A stretch of DNA of 64,000 nt from an uncultured Alphaproteobacteria bacterium (GTDB lineage: Bacteria > Pseudomonadota > Alphaproteobacteria > Geminicoccales > Geminicoccaceae), in NCBI GenBank assembly GCA_902826935.1, contig CADEGR010000005.1, positions 1,256 to 65,255 on the forward strand, read 5' to 3'. The notes beneath the pieces were generated by a model that made no database searches, had not been told where the DNA came from, and was given only the letters and a program-made list of their open reading frames with translations. Below are positions 53,447-63,244 of this stretch, one piece after another (the first letter of the stretch is position 1; each line of letters starts with the position of its first letter). A program made the translations under genes and the position numbers.

Positions 53447-56400
53447 ATGCGGTCGAGCAGCATTGACATAAGCCTAGCCATGGCACCGACCTCAGCCCCC
53501 TGCGGAGCCGCAGGCCGCCGGCGACTGCCGGCCAGTGGCAGGCCCCTATGGGGGCGCTGGGCGGCGGCGCTGAGCCTGGTCTTGGCACTTCTAATGGCGC
53601 GCCCTGGCCATGCCGAGACCCGGGTCGCGCTGATCATCGGCAATGCCGGCTACGACAATGTGCTCGACCTCGACAATCCCTCGACCGATGCCGACGCGAT
53701 CAGCGACAAGCTGCGCGGCCTCGGCTTCGATGTGCTGACCACGATCGACGCCAAGAAGGCCGACATGATCGCGACCATCCGCGAGTTCGGCCAACGGGTC
53801 GAGCAAGCGGATGTTGGCCTGTTCTACTACGCTGGCCACGCGATCCAATATGGCGGCACCAACTACTTGGTGCCGACCGATGCATTCTTGCGCAACCAGG
53901 GCGACATCGATCTGGAGCTGATCGACGTCAATCTGGTCCTGCGCCAGCTGCAGGATCGCACCAAGACCCGGCTGATCTTCCTGGACTCCTGCCGGGACAA
54001 TCCGTTCGAGGATCTGGCCGCCGATCCGCGCAGCCTGCCCAATCCCGGCCTGGCGCCGGTCGCGGCCAGCCGCGGCACCTTCATCGCCTATGCGACCGAG
54101 CCGAACCACGCCGCCTTCGATGGCATCCAGGACATCCACAGCCCGTTCGCCCGGGCACTCTTGAGCTACATCGACAGCCCGGGCCTTGAGGTCCGCGGCA
54201 TGATGACCAAGGTCCGGGCCGAGGTGGTGCGCGCCACCAACGGTCAGCAGGTGCCGTGGGACCATTCCTCCCTGCTCAGCGACTTCTATTTCCGGCCCTC
54301 GACCGAGAGCGCGGTCGCCAAGGCCGACCAGGAGCTGGAGCAGCTCAACCAGGTGCTGGCGGTGGCCGATCCGGAGGAGCGCCTGAACCAGCTGCGCAGC
54401 TTCAAGGAGGCCCATGCCGGCAGCGCGCTGATGCCGCTGGTCGACAGCGCGCTGCAGTCGAGCGGCCGGCCGACCCTGCAGAACCCGGGCCTGAACCGGC
54501 CGCCGCTGCTGTCCAAGAGCCCGGAGCTGGTGGTCGAAGGCGGCAGCGGCGCCCATGAGCTGGCCATTCCGGCACCGCGCGATCCGGATGGCGACCCGCT
54601 CCAGATCACGGTGGTCGAGCTGCCGAGCAGCGGCACGATCCGCAGCCGCGGACGCCAGGTCAAGGTCGGCGACGCGCTGACCTTGAAGCAGCTGGAGGCG
54701 GCCACCTACCACCTGCCGCCGGACGTGATCGGGTCGGTTGGCCAGTTCACCTTCCAGGTCGCGGACAACCGGGGCGGCTCGGTGGTCGGCGCCTTGCCGA
54801 TCCGAATCCTCAAGGCCAACCAGCTGCCGGTCATGCCGGCACCCGAGGCGCTGGTGGTGACCATTGGCGGCCCGGCGGTCCCGATCGTGCGCGAGCCGCC
54901 GACCGATCCCGATCCGGATGACCGGGTGATCGTGCGGGTCCAAAGCGGGCCGGCCCAGGGCGAGCTCACGCTGGACGGCGTCATTCTGTTCGCCGGCGCC
55001 GCGGTCACCGCCGAGCAGCTGCAGCGGGTCGCCTACCAGCCGCCGGCCGAGTTCGTGGCGGATGCCGGCGCGATCGGCCTGATGGCGGAAGACGGCCGCG
55101 GCGGCGAGACCCAGCGCCGGATCGCGATCACCCTCAACCGGCAGCCGGATTTCGGCCGCAACAGCACGGTCGATCTGGTCGCTGGTCCGGCCGCGCGGCC
55201 GCTCGCGATCGCGCCGCCGGTCGATCCGGATGGCGACGATCTCAAGGTCGTGGTGCGCGGCCTGCCGAGCGAAGGTGGTGCGGTGGTCGTCGGCGAGCGC
55301 AAGCTGGCGCTGGGCGACAGCCTGTCCTCGGCCGATTTCGCGGCGCTCGCCTTCCAGACCGAGGCCGGCTTTTCCGGCTATGCCGGCCGCCTGGCGCTCG
55401 AGGCCGACGACCAGCGTGGCGGCCGCAGCGAAAAGGCGGTCACCTTGCGGATCGCGCAGCCCAACAACCCGCCGATCCTGCCCGACCAGAGCCGGGCCTT
55501 GACCGCCGAGGTCGGCCGCGCCAGCCCGCTCCAGCTAGGCCAGCCATTCGATCCGGACGGCCAGGAGGTCGTGGTCCTGATCGTGCAGACGCCGGCCAAC
55601 GGCCGCATCCTGCTCGACGAGCTGGAGATCACGCCCGGCTCGACCGTGACCCCGGTCGAGCTGACCCAGCTGCGCTTCATGCCGGATGCCGGCAGCGTCG
55701 GCCAGACCAGTGCGCTCCACTATGCGGTCGGCGACGGCCATGGCGGTGCGACCCTCGGCAGCATCGAGATCTCGGTGGTTGCCGCCAACCGGCCGCCAGT
55801 GGTCGCCAATGCCGAGATCTCCACCAGCAGCGACCGGCCGCCCGAGCGCCTGGTCAAGCAAGCGCCGAGTGATCCGGATGGCGATCCCCTTACGATCGAG
55901 GTCGTGAGCCTGCCAGCCAGCGGCCGGAGCCTGCTCGGCGAGCGCCCCTTGAAGGTCGGCGACCAGCTGACGCTCGAGGAGCTGAGCCAGATCGCCTTTG
56001 CCGCCAGCAGCGATTTCGTGGGCTGGGCCGGCAGCTTCACCTATGCCGTGACCGACGGTCGCGATGGTCGTTCGGTCGGCGGCGTCGACATCTTCGTCGA
56101 GCCGCCCAACCGTCCGCCGATCGCGGCCAGCGAGGCGCATCAGGAGGTCTTGAAGGGGCGGCCGGCGACCTTGCTGATGCGGCGGCCCTTCGATCCTGAC
56201 GGCGATGCCTTGAGCGTGCAGGTGACGGCGGTGCCGGCACGCGGCAGCGTCCTGCAAGACGATCGCAAGATCGCGGTCGGCGCCAAGCTCAGCCTCGCCG
56301 AGCTGGCCAATCTGCGCTTCGACCCCGAGGCCGGCGAGCCCGGCATTGCCGGCAGGTTCAGCTATGCCGTGCGCGACGATCGCGGCGGCGAGGCGCAAGG

Positions 56401-58765
56401 CGGCATCGAGCTGGCGATTGCCCAACCCAACCGGCCGCCAAGCGTGCCGGCCGACGTCACCTTGACCGTGACGGCCGGCGATCCGGCGATCCCGCTGCTC
56501 CAGGACGCGGCGCCCAAAGATCCCGACAACGATCCGCTGACCGCGACCATCCTGGATGTGCCCGAGACGGGTGAGGTGCGGGCCGGCGACAAGGTCGTGC
56601 GGCAGGGCGCCGAGCTGCCCTTGGCCGACCTTGCCCGCGTCACCTACAGCTCCGCGCCGACCTATATCGAAACCGCGGCCTTGTTCCGCTACCGCATCGA
56701 TGACGGCCGGGGCGGCCAGGCCATCGGCCAGATCGCGTTGATCATCGAGCCCGGCAACCGTGATCCGATCGCAGCACCGGTGCCAGCCTTCGAGCTGCAG
56801 GCCGGCGAGGCGCCCGCCCGTCTGCCGCTGGACGCGCCCTACGATCCCGATGGCGACCCGCTCGCGGTCAAGCTCGCGGCCCTGCCCGAGCTGCCCGGCC
56901 TGGTCCTCAAGGTCGGCGACCGCACGCTCGCCGTCGGCGACAGCCTCACGGCCGATGAGCTGACCCGGCTGAACTTGTCGGTCGCGATGGCGGCGGCGGA
57001 GCAGACCGGCGAGCTGCGCTTCGAGCTCAGCGACGGCAAGGGCGGCCAGGCCAGCACCGGCGTCATGGTCAAGGTCACGGCGCCGCCCAATCGGCCGCCG
57101 GTGGTGATCGTGCGCGGCCCGCTTGAGGTGATGCAGCAAGGCGGACCGCAGCCGCTCGGGCTGGAGGAGCCGATCGACCGCGACGGCGATCCGGTCATGG
57201 TCGAAATCACCGCCTTGCCGAGCAGCGGCCGGATCCTGCAGGGCGACGATGCGCTGGCCCAGGGGGCCGAGGTGGCACCGGCGGAGCTGGCCGCCCTGCG
57301 CTTCGATCCGGGCGATGCCGGGCCCGGCTATGCCGGCAGCTTCGAGCTCAAGGCGGTCGACAGCAAGGGGGCGAGCACGCTCGGCCGGGTGCCGATCACG
57401 ATCGTGACGCCGCCCAATCGGCCGCCGCTGATCGCCTCGCAGGCGCCGATCGAGGCGGTGATCGGGGTCGGGACCTTGCCCTTGCCGGTCGAGCTGCCGA
57501 ACGATCCCGATGGCGATCAGCTGACCATCAAGATCACCTCGGTGCCGCAGAACGGCAATCTGCTGTTCAGCGGCCGCTCGGCGGCGTCGGGCATGCTGCT
57601 GACGGTCGAGGAGTTCGCGGACGCCCGCTTCACGCCCGATCCCGAGCGGCCGCTGATCCGCGGCACCGCGTCCAGCTTGCGCTACAGCGCCGATGACGGC
57701 CGCGGCGGGGCAGCCGAGGGCGAGGTGGTGATCCGGTCGATCCTGCATGATTGCGATCGGCTGGCGAGCGCGGCCCAGAACGTGGACAGCGTGGCGCCGG
57801 GCGTGCAGCTGGCGGCGATCGAGGCCGCCCCGGCGATCGACGCCTGCCAGGCGGCCTTGGCCGAATATGGCAACATCGTGCGCTTCCGCTTCCAGCTGGC
57901 GCGCGCCTACCAGGCCAAGGGCTCGTTCCGCGAGGCGCGCGATGCCTATTTCGTGGCGGCCCAGGCGGGCGATCTCGCGGCGCAGTACAATCTCGGCCTG
58001 CTCCTGATCGATCCGCCGCCGGCGCTGGCCGACCGGCCGGACATCGAGCGCGGCCTGTTCTGGATGCGCAAGGCCGGCGAGGCCGGGCTGCTGCCGGCCC
58101 AGGTCGGTCTAGCCGCGGTGATCTGGCAGCAGGCGCAGGCCGGGGCGGCGGTCGATACCGCGGAAGCCGTGCACTGGCTGGAGCAGGCCAGCCAGCAGGA
58201 TGATCCGCAGGCGCTGACCGAGCTGGCGATGGCCTATGCCGAGGGCCGCGGCGGTCTCGCCCAGGACGGTGCCCGGGCCGCCAGCCTGCTGCGCCGCGCG
58301 GCCGCCCAGGGCTATCCGCCGGCGCAGACCAATCTCGGCTACCTCTACGCCCAAGGCGCCCTCGGCCAGCCCGACTACGCCGAGGCTGAGCGCTGGTTCT
58401 CCGTGGCTGCCGATCAGCAGGACGGCCAGGCGCTGATGAATCTCGGCACGATGCACCTGATGGGCCAAGGCGTGGCGCGCGATCCGATCAAGGCGGTCAC
58501 GTCCTATGCCGCGGCCGCATGCGTCGGCGGCGACGCCATGGCCGAGCTGGCGGAAGCCTATCTGGACCGCCTTAGCCCCAGCGAGGAAGTGCTGGCGGCC
58601 CAGTCGCTGCTGACCGCCAAGGGCTATGATCCCGGTCCGATCGACGGCCGGATCGGGCCCAAGACCACGGTCGCGCTCGAGCGTTTCGAGCAGGCGAGCG
58701 GCCAGCCACCGACCGGCACCGCCTCCCCGGCGCTGCTGCTGACCCTGGCCGGCTGCCCGAACTGA
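53447..58765 (+). CDS. 1772-aa secreted protein: caspase (C14) domain + 10 cadherin-like DxDGD repeats + Sel1 repeats + C-terminal PG_binding_1 domain
   Basis: ALIIGNAGYD...LFYYAGHA (His codon 53837)...IFLDSCRDNPF (Cys codon 53990). Ten ~107-aa repeats. Sel1 motifs (AQYNLGLLL, AQTNLGYLYAQG, ALMNLGTMHLMGQGV). The C-terminus reads LLTAKGYDPGPIDGRIGPKTTVALERFEQ. Confidence 0.85.
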   Translation: MRSSSIDISLAMAPTSAPCGAAGRRRLPASGRPLWGRWAAALSLVLALLMARPGHAETRVALIIGNAGYDNVLDLDNPSTDADAISDKLRGLGFDVLTTIDAKKADMIATIREFGQRVEQADVGLFYYAGHAIQYGGTNYLVPTDAFLRNQGDIDLELIDVNLVLRQLQDRTKTRLIFLDSCRDNPFEDLAADPRSLPNPGLAPVAASRGTFIAYATEPNHAAFDGIQDIHSPFARALLSYIDSPGLEVRGMMTKVRAEVVRATNGQQVPWDHSSLLSDFYFRPSTESAVAKADQELEQLNQVLAVADPEERLNQLRSFKEAHAGSALMPLVDSALQSSGRPTLQNPGLNRPPLLSKSPELVVEGGSGAHELAIPAPRDPDGDPLQITVVELPSSGTIRSRGRQVKVGDALTLKQLEAATYHLPPDVIGSVGQFTFQVADNRGGSVVGALPIRILKANQLPVMPAPEALVVTIGGPAVPIVREPPTDPDPDDRVIVRVQSGPAQGELTLDGVILFAGAAVTAEQLQRVAYQPPAEFVADAGAIGLMAEDGRGGETQRRIAITLNRQPDFGRNSTVDLVAGPAARPLAIAPPVDPDGDDLKVVVRGLPSEGGAVVVGERKLALGDSLSSADFAALAFQTEAGFSGYAGRLALEADDQRGGRSEKAVTLRIAQPNNPPILPDQSRALTAEVGRASPLQLGQPFDPDGQEVVVLIVQTPANGRILLDELEITPGSTVTPVELTQLRFMPDAGSVGQTSALHYAVGDGHGGATLGSIEISVVAANRPPVVANAEISTSSDRPPERLVKQAPSDPDGDPLTIEVVSLPASGRSLLGERPLKVGDQLTLEELSQIAFAASSDFVGWAGSFTYAVTDGRDGRSVGGVDIFVEPPNRPPIAASEAHQEVLKGRPATLLMRRPFDPDGDALSVQVTAVPARGSVLQDDRKIAVGAKLSLAELANLRFDPEAGEPGIAGRFSYAVRDDRGGEAQGGIELAIAQPNRPPSVPADVTLTVTAGDPAIPLLQDAAPKDPDNDPLTATILDVPETGEVRAGDKVVRQGAELPLADLARVTYSSAPTYIETAALFRYRIDDGRGGQAIGQIALIIEPGNRDPIAAPVPAFELQAGEAPARLPLDAPYDPDGDPLAVKLAALPELPGLVLKVGDRTLAVGDSLTADELTRLNLSVAMAAAEQTGELRFELSDGKGGQASTGVMVKVTAPPNRPPVVIVRGPLEVMQQGGPQPLGLEEPIDRDGDPVMVEITALPSSGRILQGDDALAQGAEVAPAELAALRFDPGDAGPGYAGSFELKAVDSKGASTLGRVPITIVTPPNRPPLIASQAPIEAVIGVGTLPLPVELPNDPDGDQLTIKITSVPQNGNLLFSGRSAASGMLLTVEEFADARFTPDPERPLIRGTASSLRYSADDGRGGAAEGEVVIRSILHDCDRLASAAQNVDSVAPGVQLAAIEAAPAIDACQAALAEYGNIVRFRFQLARAYQAKGSFREARDAYFVAAQAGDLAAQYNLGLLLIDPPPALADRPDIERGLFWMRKAGEAGLLPAQVGLAAVIWQQAQAGAAVDTAEAVHWLEQASQQDDPQALTELAMAYAEGRGGLAQDGARAASLLRRAAAQGYPPAQTNLGYLYAQGALGQPDYAEAERWFSVAADQQDGQALMNLGTMHLMGQGVARDPIKAVTSYAAAACVGGDAMAELAEAYLDRLSPSEEVLAAQSLLTAKGYDPGPIDGRIGPKTTVALERFEQASGQPPTGTASPALLLTLAGCPN
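54527..57740 (+). repeat. ten divergent in-frame coding repeats (~320 nt each) inside the giant gene
   Basis: Each unit contains (P/F)xDPDGDxL...LPxxGxL...G..L....L..L.F.P..G..G...F.Y.v.DgrGG...g.i.i.v...NrPP. The anchors are RDPDGDPL, TDPDPDDRV, VDPDGDDL, FDPDGQEV, SDPDGDPL, FDPDGDAL, KDPDNDPL, YDPDGDPL, IDRDGDPV and NDPDGDQL. Confidence 0.75.
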
Positions 58766-58779
58766 CGGCGCCAGGGCGC

Positions 58780-60117
58780 TCAGCGCTCCTTCGCGGCGAA
58801 GTCGTCGAGCAGGCCGGCATCCGCCGCCAGATCCAGGAACGTGTAGCGATCGCGGATCTCGCGGGCATGGCGCACGGCCTCGCGGTAGCAGCCGACCTCG
58901 AGGCCCAGCTCGCCGGCATCGGTCGGGCCGCCGGCTGCGGCCAGTGCTCGCTGCAAAGCGAGGACCGGCACGGCGAAGGCGCGCAGCTCCTCGCGCAGGC
59001 TCGGCCAGAGCGCCTCGAGCTGCCGGTTGAGCGCGCCAGCGCTGTCGGCATCGAGCGCCTTGGCGGCCAGCGCCGCCTGGCACATCGGCAAGATCTCAGC
59101 CCCGTAGCGCGCCCGCATGCCGGCCTCGTCGACCACGGTCGGGCGGAGCACCGGCGGCCGCTCGGCGGCCAGGATCACGCTTTGCAGCCGGGCCATCGTA
59201 AGGGTCGCGACGCCGACCTGCTGGCCATGCAGGCTGCCGGGATGGCGGCTGCCGGCGAAGCAGTCGATGTAATGGGAGATCAGATGCTCGCCCATCGAGG
59301 CGTGGTGGGTCGTGCCGGTGAAGCTGACCCCGAGCCCGCCCAGGATCAGCAGGCGATACAGGCTAGCGATCGCCGGGCGGCTGCCGGTCGCCAAGGCTGC
59401 CGCCTGGGCCATCACGATGGTCTCGTCCTCGGCCTGAATCAGGAACGGCGTGGCGTGATAGGGCTGCGCGCGCAGACGCTTGCCAAGCCAGCCGTCGATC
59501 TGCGCCACCGAGCGGCACATGCAGTCGCCAAAGCCGGCCGCGATCAAGGCCGGCGGGGCCTCGGCAGCCACCGCCAGATCGACGAACACGCCGCGCGCGG
59601 CATGGGCCGGCAGCGATACCTTGAGCCCGTTGGCCAGCCGGATCGAGGCGGTGGTCGAGGTGTAGCCGTTCATCGAGGGCGCGGTCGCGAACACGCAAAA
59701 CGGCCGGCCATCCTGGCAGGTGACGTATTTGACCAGGTCGGTGATGGTGCCGGTGCCGACCGCGACCAGGGCGTCGGCATGGCGGGTCGCGGCCCGCAGC
59801 GCCGCCAGCTCGGCCTCGTTGGCATGCGGCAGGCGCAGGATCACGCTGGTCACGCCGGCGATCCGCGCCAGCGCCTTCTCGATGCGCGCCCCCATGGCGG
59901 CGTGGGTCGCCTCGTCCGAGACCACCGCGAGCTGGCCGGCAAAGCCGAGCTTGGCCACCAGCTCCGCCTCGGCGCCGGCCAGGTCGTCGGCGATCACGAT
60001 CGAACGATAGGGCAGCTGGCAGGCGCGTCCGGTCTCCGGATCGACCCAGCGGCCGGCCACCATGTCGTCGATCAAGGCGGTCCAGGGCGAGGCGATCGTC
60101 CGCTCCGGCATGGCCAT
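58780..60117 (-). CDS. iron-containing alcohol dehydrogenase superfamily protein (Fe-ADH_2 / glycerol-1-phosphate-dehydrogenase-like)
   Basis: ALVAVGTGTITDLVKYVT (GGGS-type nucleotide loop variant) and ...HHASMGEHLISHY metal-site region. 445 aa. Confidence 0.7.
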   Translation of the reverse strand: MAMPERTIASPWTALIDDMVAGRWVDPETGRACQLPYRSIVIADDLAGAEAELVAKLGFAGQLAVVSDEATHAAMGARIEKALARIAGVTSVILRLPHANEAELAALRAATRHADALVAVGTGTITDLVKYVTCQDGRPFCVFATAPSMNGYTSTTASIRLANGLKVSLPAHAARGVFVDLAVAAEAPPALIAAGFGDCMCRSVAQIDGWLGKRLRAQPYHATPFLIQAEDETIVMAQAAALATGSRPAIASLYRLLILGGLGVSFTGTTHHASMGEHLISHYIDCFAGSRHPGSLHGQQVGVATLTMARLQSVILAAERPPVLRPTVVDEAGMRARYGAEILPMCQAALAAKALDADSAGALNRQLEALWPSLREELRAFAVPVLALQRALAAAGGPTDAGELGLEVGCYREAVRHAREIRDRYTFLDLAADAGLLDDFAAKER

Positions 60118-60251
60118 CTCCCAGGGGGCACGTGCCTTGATTGGCGCTGGCCCGGCCTTGGTTTGCCGCTATGCACGCTCCTTGCAGGCCAGTCTCTGGC
60201 CCAGGCCAGACCGCCGCTCGGCATGCCGTGCGGGCAGGGTGGCCTAGGCCG

Positions 60252-61172
60252 TCACGACCGGCCCTGACGGGCGACCGTGCGTTCCCGATACCATGCATAG
60301 ATCCCGGAGGCCACGACGATCGCGCTGCCTAGCACGGTCGGTGCATCGAGCGGATCACCGAACACCAGGAGACCGCTGAGCCCGGCCCAGACCACCACGC
60401 TGTAGCGGAACGGGGCGACGAAGCCGATCTCGCCGATGCGCATGGCCAGGACGCTGAACAAATAGCCGACGAACACGAACAAGGCAGCCGCGGTGAGCGC
60501 TGCGGCGTCGGTCAGCGTGATCGGCGGCCAAGGCCGCGTCAGCGCCATGAGGCCAGCGCCCAGCGTCACCACCGCGGCCGTGCTGAAGGCGACGAATAGC
60601 GAAGGCACCGCCACCGGCAGCCGGTGGGTCGCCAGATCGCGCAGCACCACGAAGCCGACCGCAGCCACCGCCCAGAGCGAATGGACCGTGAAGGCCTCGG
60701 TGCCCGGCCGGACGATGATCAGCACGCCGACCATGCCAACCCCGATCGCGGCATAGCGGCGCCAGCCGACCGGCTCGCCGAAGATCAAGGCGGCGGCCAG
60801 GGTCACGGCCAGCGGGAGCGCCTGCAAGATGGCATTGGCATTGGCGATCGGCAGATGGGCGAGCGCGGTCAGGAAGCAGACCGCGCCACCCAGCTCGCCC
60901 AGAGCTCGCCATGCCAGCAGCTGGCCGGTCGGCCAGCCGATCCGCAGCAGCAGGCTGCCGCGGCGCCAGGCGAGCCAGCCGAGCAGCACGGTCGCCAGGA
61001 CGCCGCGCAGGCAGATCGCCTGAAACAACCCGAGATCGCCCAGCACGATCTTCATCATGGTGTCGTTCATGACGAAGCCCGCCATGCTGGCAACCATGAA
61101 CCAGGCGCCCCGCATGTTGCCGGCCAGGCGATCGAGCGCGCCCGGGCCGGCGACCGGCAAGGAGGGTCTCAT
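60252..61172 (-). CDS. DMT (EamA) family transporter
   Basis: 10 TM segments with two EamA-like halves. The start is taken at ATG 61172 (MRPSLPV). Confidence 0.85.
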   Translation of the reverse strand: MRPSLPVAGPGALDRLAGNMRGAWFMVASMAGFVMNDTMMKIVLGDLGLFQAICLRGVLATVLLGWLAWRRGSLLLRIGWPTGQLLAWRALGELGGAVCFLTALAHLPIANANAILQALPLAVTLAAALIFGEPVGWRRYAAIGVGMVGVLIIVRPGTEAFTVHSLWAVAAVGFVVLRDLATHRLPVAVPSLFVAFSTAAVVTLGAGLMALTRPWPPITLTDAAALTAAALFVFVGYLFSVLAMRIGEIGFVAPFRYSVVVWAGLSGLLVFGDPLDAPTVLGSAIVVASGIYAWYRERTVARQGRS

Positions 61173-61194
61173 GGCATCGCACGGCGCTGCGCCA

Positions 61195-61968
61195 TCAGAT
61201 CGAGGCCATGTAGCCGCCGTCGATGTACAGCATTTGCCCGGTGACGTAGCGGGCGGCATCGGAGGCCAGGAACACCGTGGCGCCGACCAGATCGTCGAGC
61301 GCGCCGAAGCGGCCGGCCGGGATCTTGCCGAGCATGGTCTGGCACCAGGCCGGATCCTGGTAGAACAGCTCGGTCAGCTCGGTCCGGAAGTAGCCCGGCC
61401 CGATCGCATTGACCCGGATGCCGCGGCCTGCCCATTCGGTTGCCAGAGCGCGGGTCAGGCCCAGGAGGCCGCTCTTGGAGGCGCCGTAGGGTGCTGCCGT
61501 CGGCACGCCGACCGCCGAGGTCAGCGAGCCGACATTGACGATCGCGCCACCGGCCGGCGGCATCAGCCTGGCGGCCGCCTGGGCGGCGAAGAAGGCGCCC
61601 TTGAGGTTGGTGTCGACGATCCGGTCCCACAGCGCCGGCTCGACCTCGAGCGACGGTCGCACCTGCTCGATCCCGGCATTGTTGATCAGCAGATCGAGCC
61701 CGCCCAGCTCCGCCGTGGCGGCCGTGAAGGCCGGCAGGATCGCGTCGCTGTCCCGGACGTCGAGCGCGAACGGCACTGCCTTGCGGCCGGTCGCCGCAAT
61801 CGCCCGGCGGCAGGCGTCCAGGCGCTCCAGCGCGCGCCCGCAGATCGCGACATCCGCCCCGGCCGCGGCCAGCCCGCCGGCCAGCGCCATGCCGATGCCC
61901 CGGCTGGCGCCGGTCACGATCGCCCGCCGTCCGGCCAGGCTGAAATCCGGCGCATTGGGCGCAACCAT
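61195..61968 (-). CDS. short-chain dehydrogenase/reductase (SDR, KduD/gluconate-5-DH-like)
   Basis: AIVTGASRGIG, NNAG, YGASKSG (YxxxK), PGYFRT. Only the last 257 codons of the 686-aa ORF 61195-63255 are real. Confidence 0.9.
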   Translation of the reverse strand: MVAPNAPDFSLAGRRAIVTGASRGIGMALAGGLAAAGADVAICGRALERLDACRRAIAATGRKAVPFALDVRDSDAILPAFTAATAELGGLDLLINNAGIEQVRPSLEVEPALWDRIVDTNLKGAFFAAQAAARLMPPAGGAIVNVGSLTSAVGVPTAAPYGASKSGLLGLTRALATEWAGRGIRVNAIGPGYFRTELTELFYQDPAWCQTMLGKIPAGRFGALDDLVGATVFLASDAARYVTGQMLYIDGGYMASI

Positions 61969-62043
61969 CTCTAAATCCCGCAACTTCTGGTCCCCTTGCG
62001 CTCGGCCGACCGCTTGGGCAGTGTCCCCTTGGCAACGACCAGC

Positions 62044-63210
62044 ATGGCGTCCGATTTGTCCGCTGTCCCGCAGAATCGACCGGTCAGCAGTCCCGTCCCG
62101 ATGGTCCGGCTGGAGCGGGTCAGCAAGCGCTTCGGCGAGCATCTGGCGGTCGACCAGGTCAGCTTCGAGCTGGCGCAGGGCAGCTTTCTGACCATTCTCG
62201 GCCCGAGCGGCTCGGGCAAGACCACGGTCTTGCGCATGATCGCGGGCTTCATCGCGCCGGATGCCGGCAGCATCGCGATTCGCGGCCAGCCGGTCACGGA
62301 CCAGCCGCCCTATGCGCGCGCCATCGGCATGGTGTTCCAAAAGCTCGCGCTGTTCCCGCATCTGAGCGCCTTCGAGAACGTCGCCTATCCCTTGCGCCGG
62401 CGTGGCTGGCCCAGGAGCGAGATTGCCGAGCGGGTCGAGGGCTATCTGGCCCTGGTCCGCTTGGCAGGCCTTGGCCAGCGGCCGATCCAGGCGCTCTCGG
62501 GCGGCCAGCAGCAGCGGGTCGCGATCGCGCGCGCTTTGGTGTTCGAGCCCGACCTGCTGCTGCTGGACGAGCCGCTCGCCGCGCTCGATCGCAAGCTGCG
62601 CGAGGACATGCAGCTGGAATTTCGGCGGATCCAGCAGGAGCTGGGTGTCACCACCATCAACGTCACCCATGACCAGCGGGAAGCTCTGGTCATGTCGGAC
62701 CGGGTGATCGTGATGGACCATGGTCGGATCCGGCAGGACGCCGCCCCCGCGGCCGCCTATGGCGCGCCCGCCGATCGGTTCGTCGCCGGCTTCATCGGCG
62801 TCACCAACTTCTTGCCGGCGACGCTGGTCGCCCTTGAGGCCGACGGCCAGGCGTTCGTCCGCCTTGGCGGGCAGGTATTCAAGGCGCGTGGCGCCGGCCT
62901 GGGCCTGCCGCCGGGCGCGCCGGTCACGGTCGCGATCCGGGCCGAGCGGCTGCGCTTCGATCTGCCGGCGCAACCCGATCAGCCGGCCTTCGATGCCCTG
63001 GTCCAGGAGGTCATCTTCGAGGGCGACCGCCTGGTCTATCGCTTGCAAGTGCCTGGGCTTGCCGAGGCGGCAGGCGATACAGGCCAGGTTGGCCCGAGCG
63101 TCCTGGCCTTCGACTATGCCCGCGATCGGCAGGCGCCCCGCCAGCCGGGCGCGCAGGTCCGGCTTGCCTGGCGGCGCGAAGATATGATGATCTTCCCGCC
63201 TGACGCGTGA
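62044..63210 (+). CDS. ABC transporter ATP-binding protein (PotA/MalK-like, with C-terminal regulatory domain)
   Basis: GPSGSGKTT, LSGGQQQRVAIARAL, LLLLDEPL, THDQ. Confidence 0.9.
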   Translation: MASDLSAVPQNRPVSSPVPMVRLERVSKRFGEHLAVDQVSFELAQGSFLTILGPSGSGKTTVLRMIAGFIAPDAGSIAIRGQPVTDQPPYARAIGMVFQKLALFPHLSAFENVAYPLRRRGWPRSEIAERVEGYLALVRLAGLGQRPIQALSGGQQQRVAIARALVFEPDLLLLDEPLAALDRKLREDMQLEFRRIQQELGVTTINVTHDQREALVMSDRVIVMDHGRIRQDAAPAAAYGAPADRFVAGFIGVTNFLPATLVALEADGQAFVRLGGQVFKARGAGLGLPPGAPVTVAIRAERLRFDLPAQPDQPAFDALVQEVIFEGDRLVYRLQVPGLAEAAGDTGQVGPSVLAFDYARDRQAPRQPGAQVRLAWRREDMMIFPPDA

Positions 63211-63244
63211 ATACTCGGGGCAGCAATCAACAGCGGGGCAGGAG

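Noticed and set aside
54527-57740. Regularly spaced repeats checked as a possible CRISPR or other non-coding array.
   Set aside because: The period is ~320 nt. The units are divergent and in frame inside one long ORF with conserved amino-acid motifs. They are protein domain repeats, not a CRISPR array. No CRISPR-like array was seen anywhere in the window.
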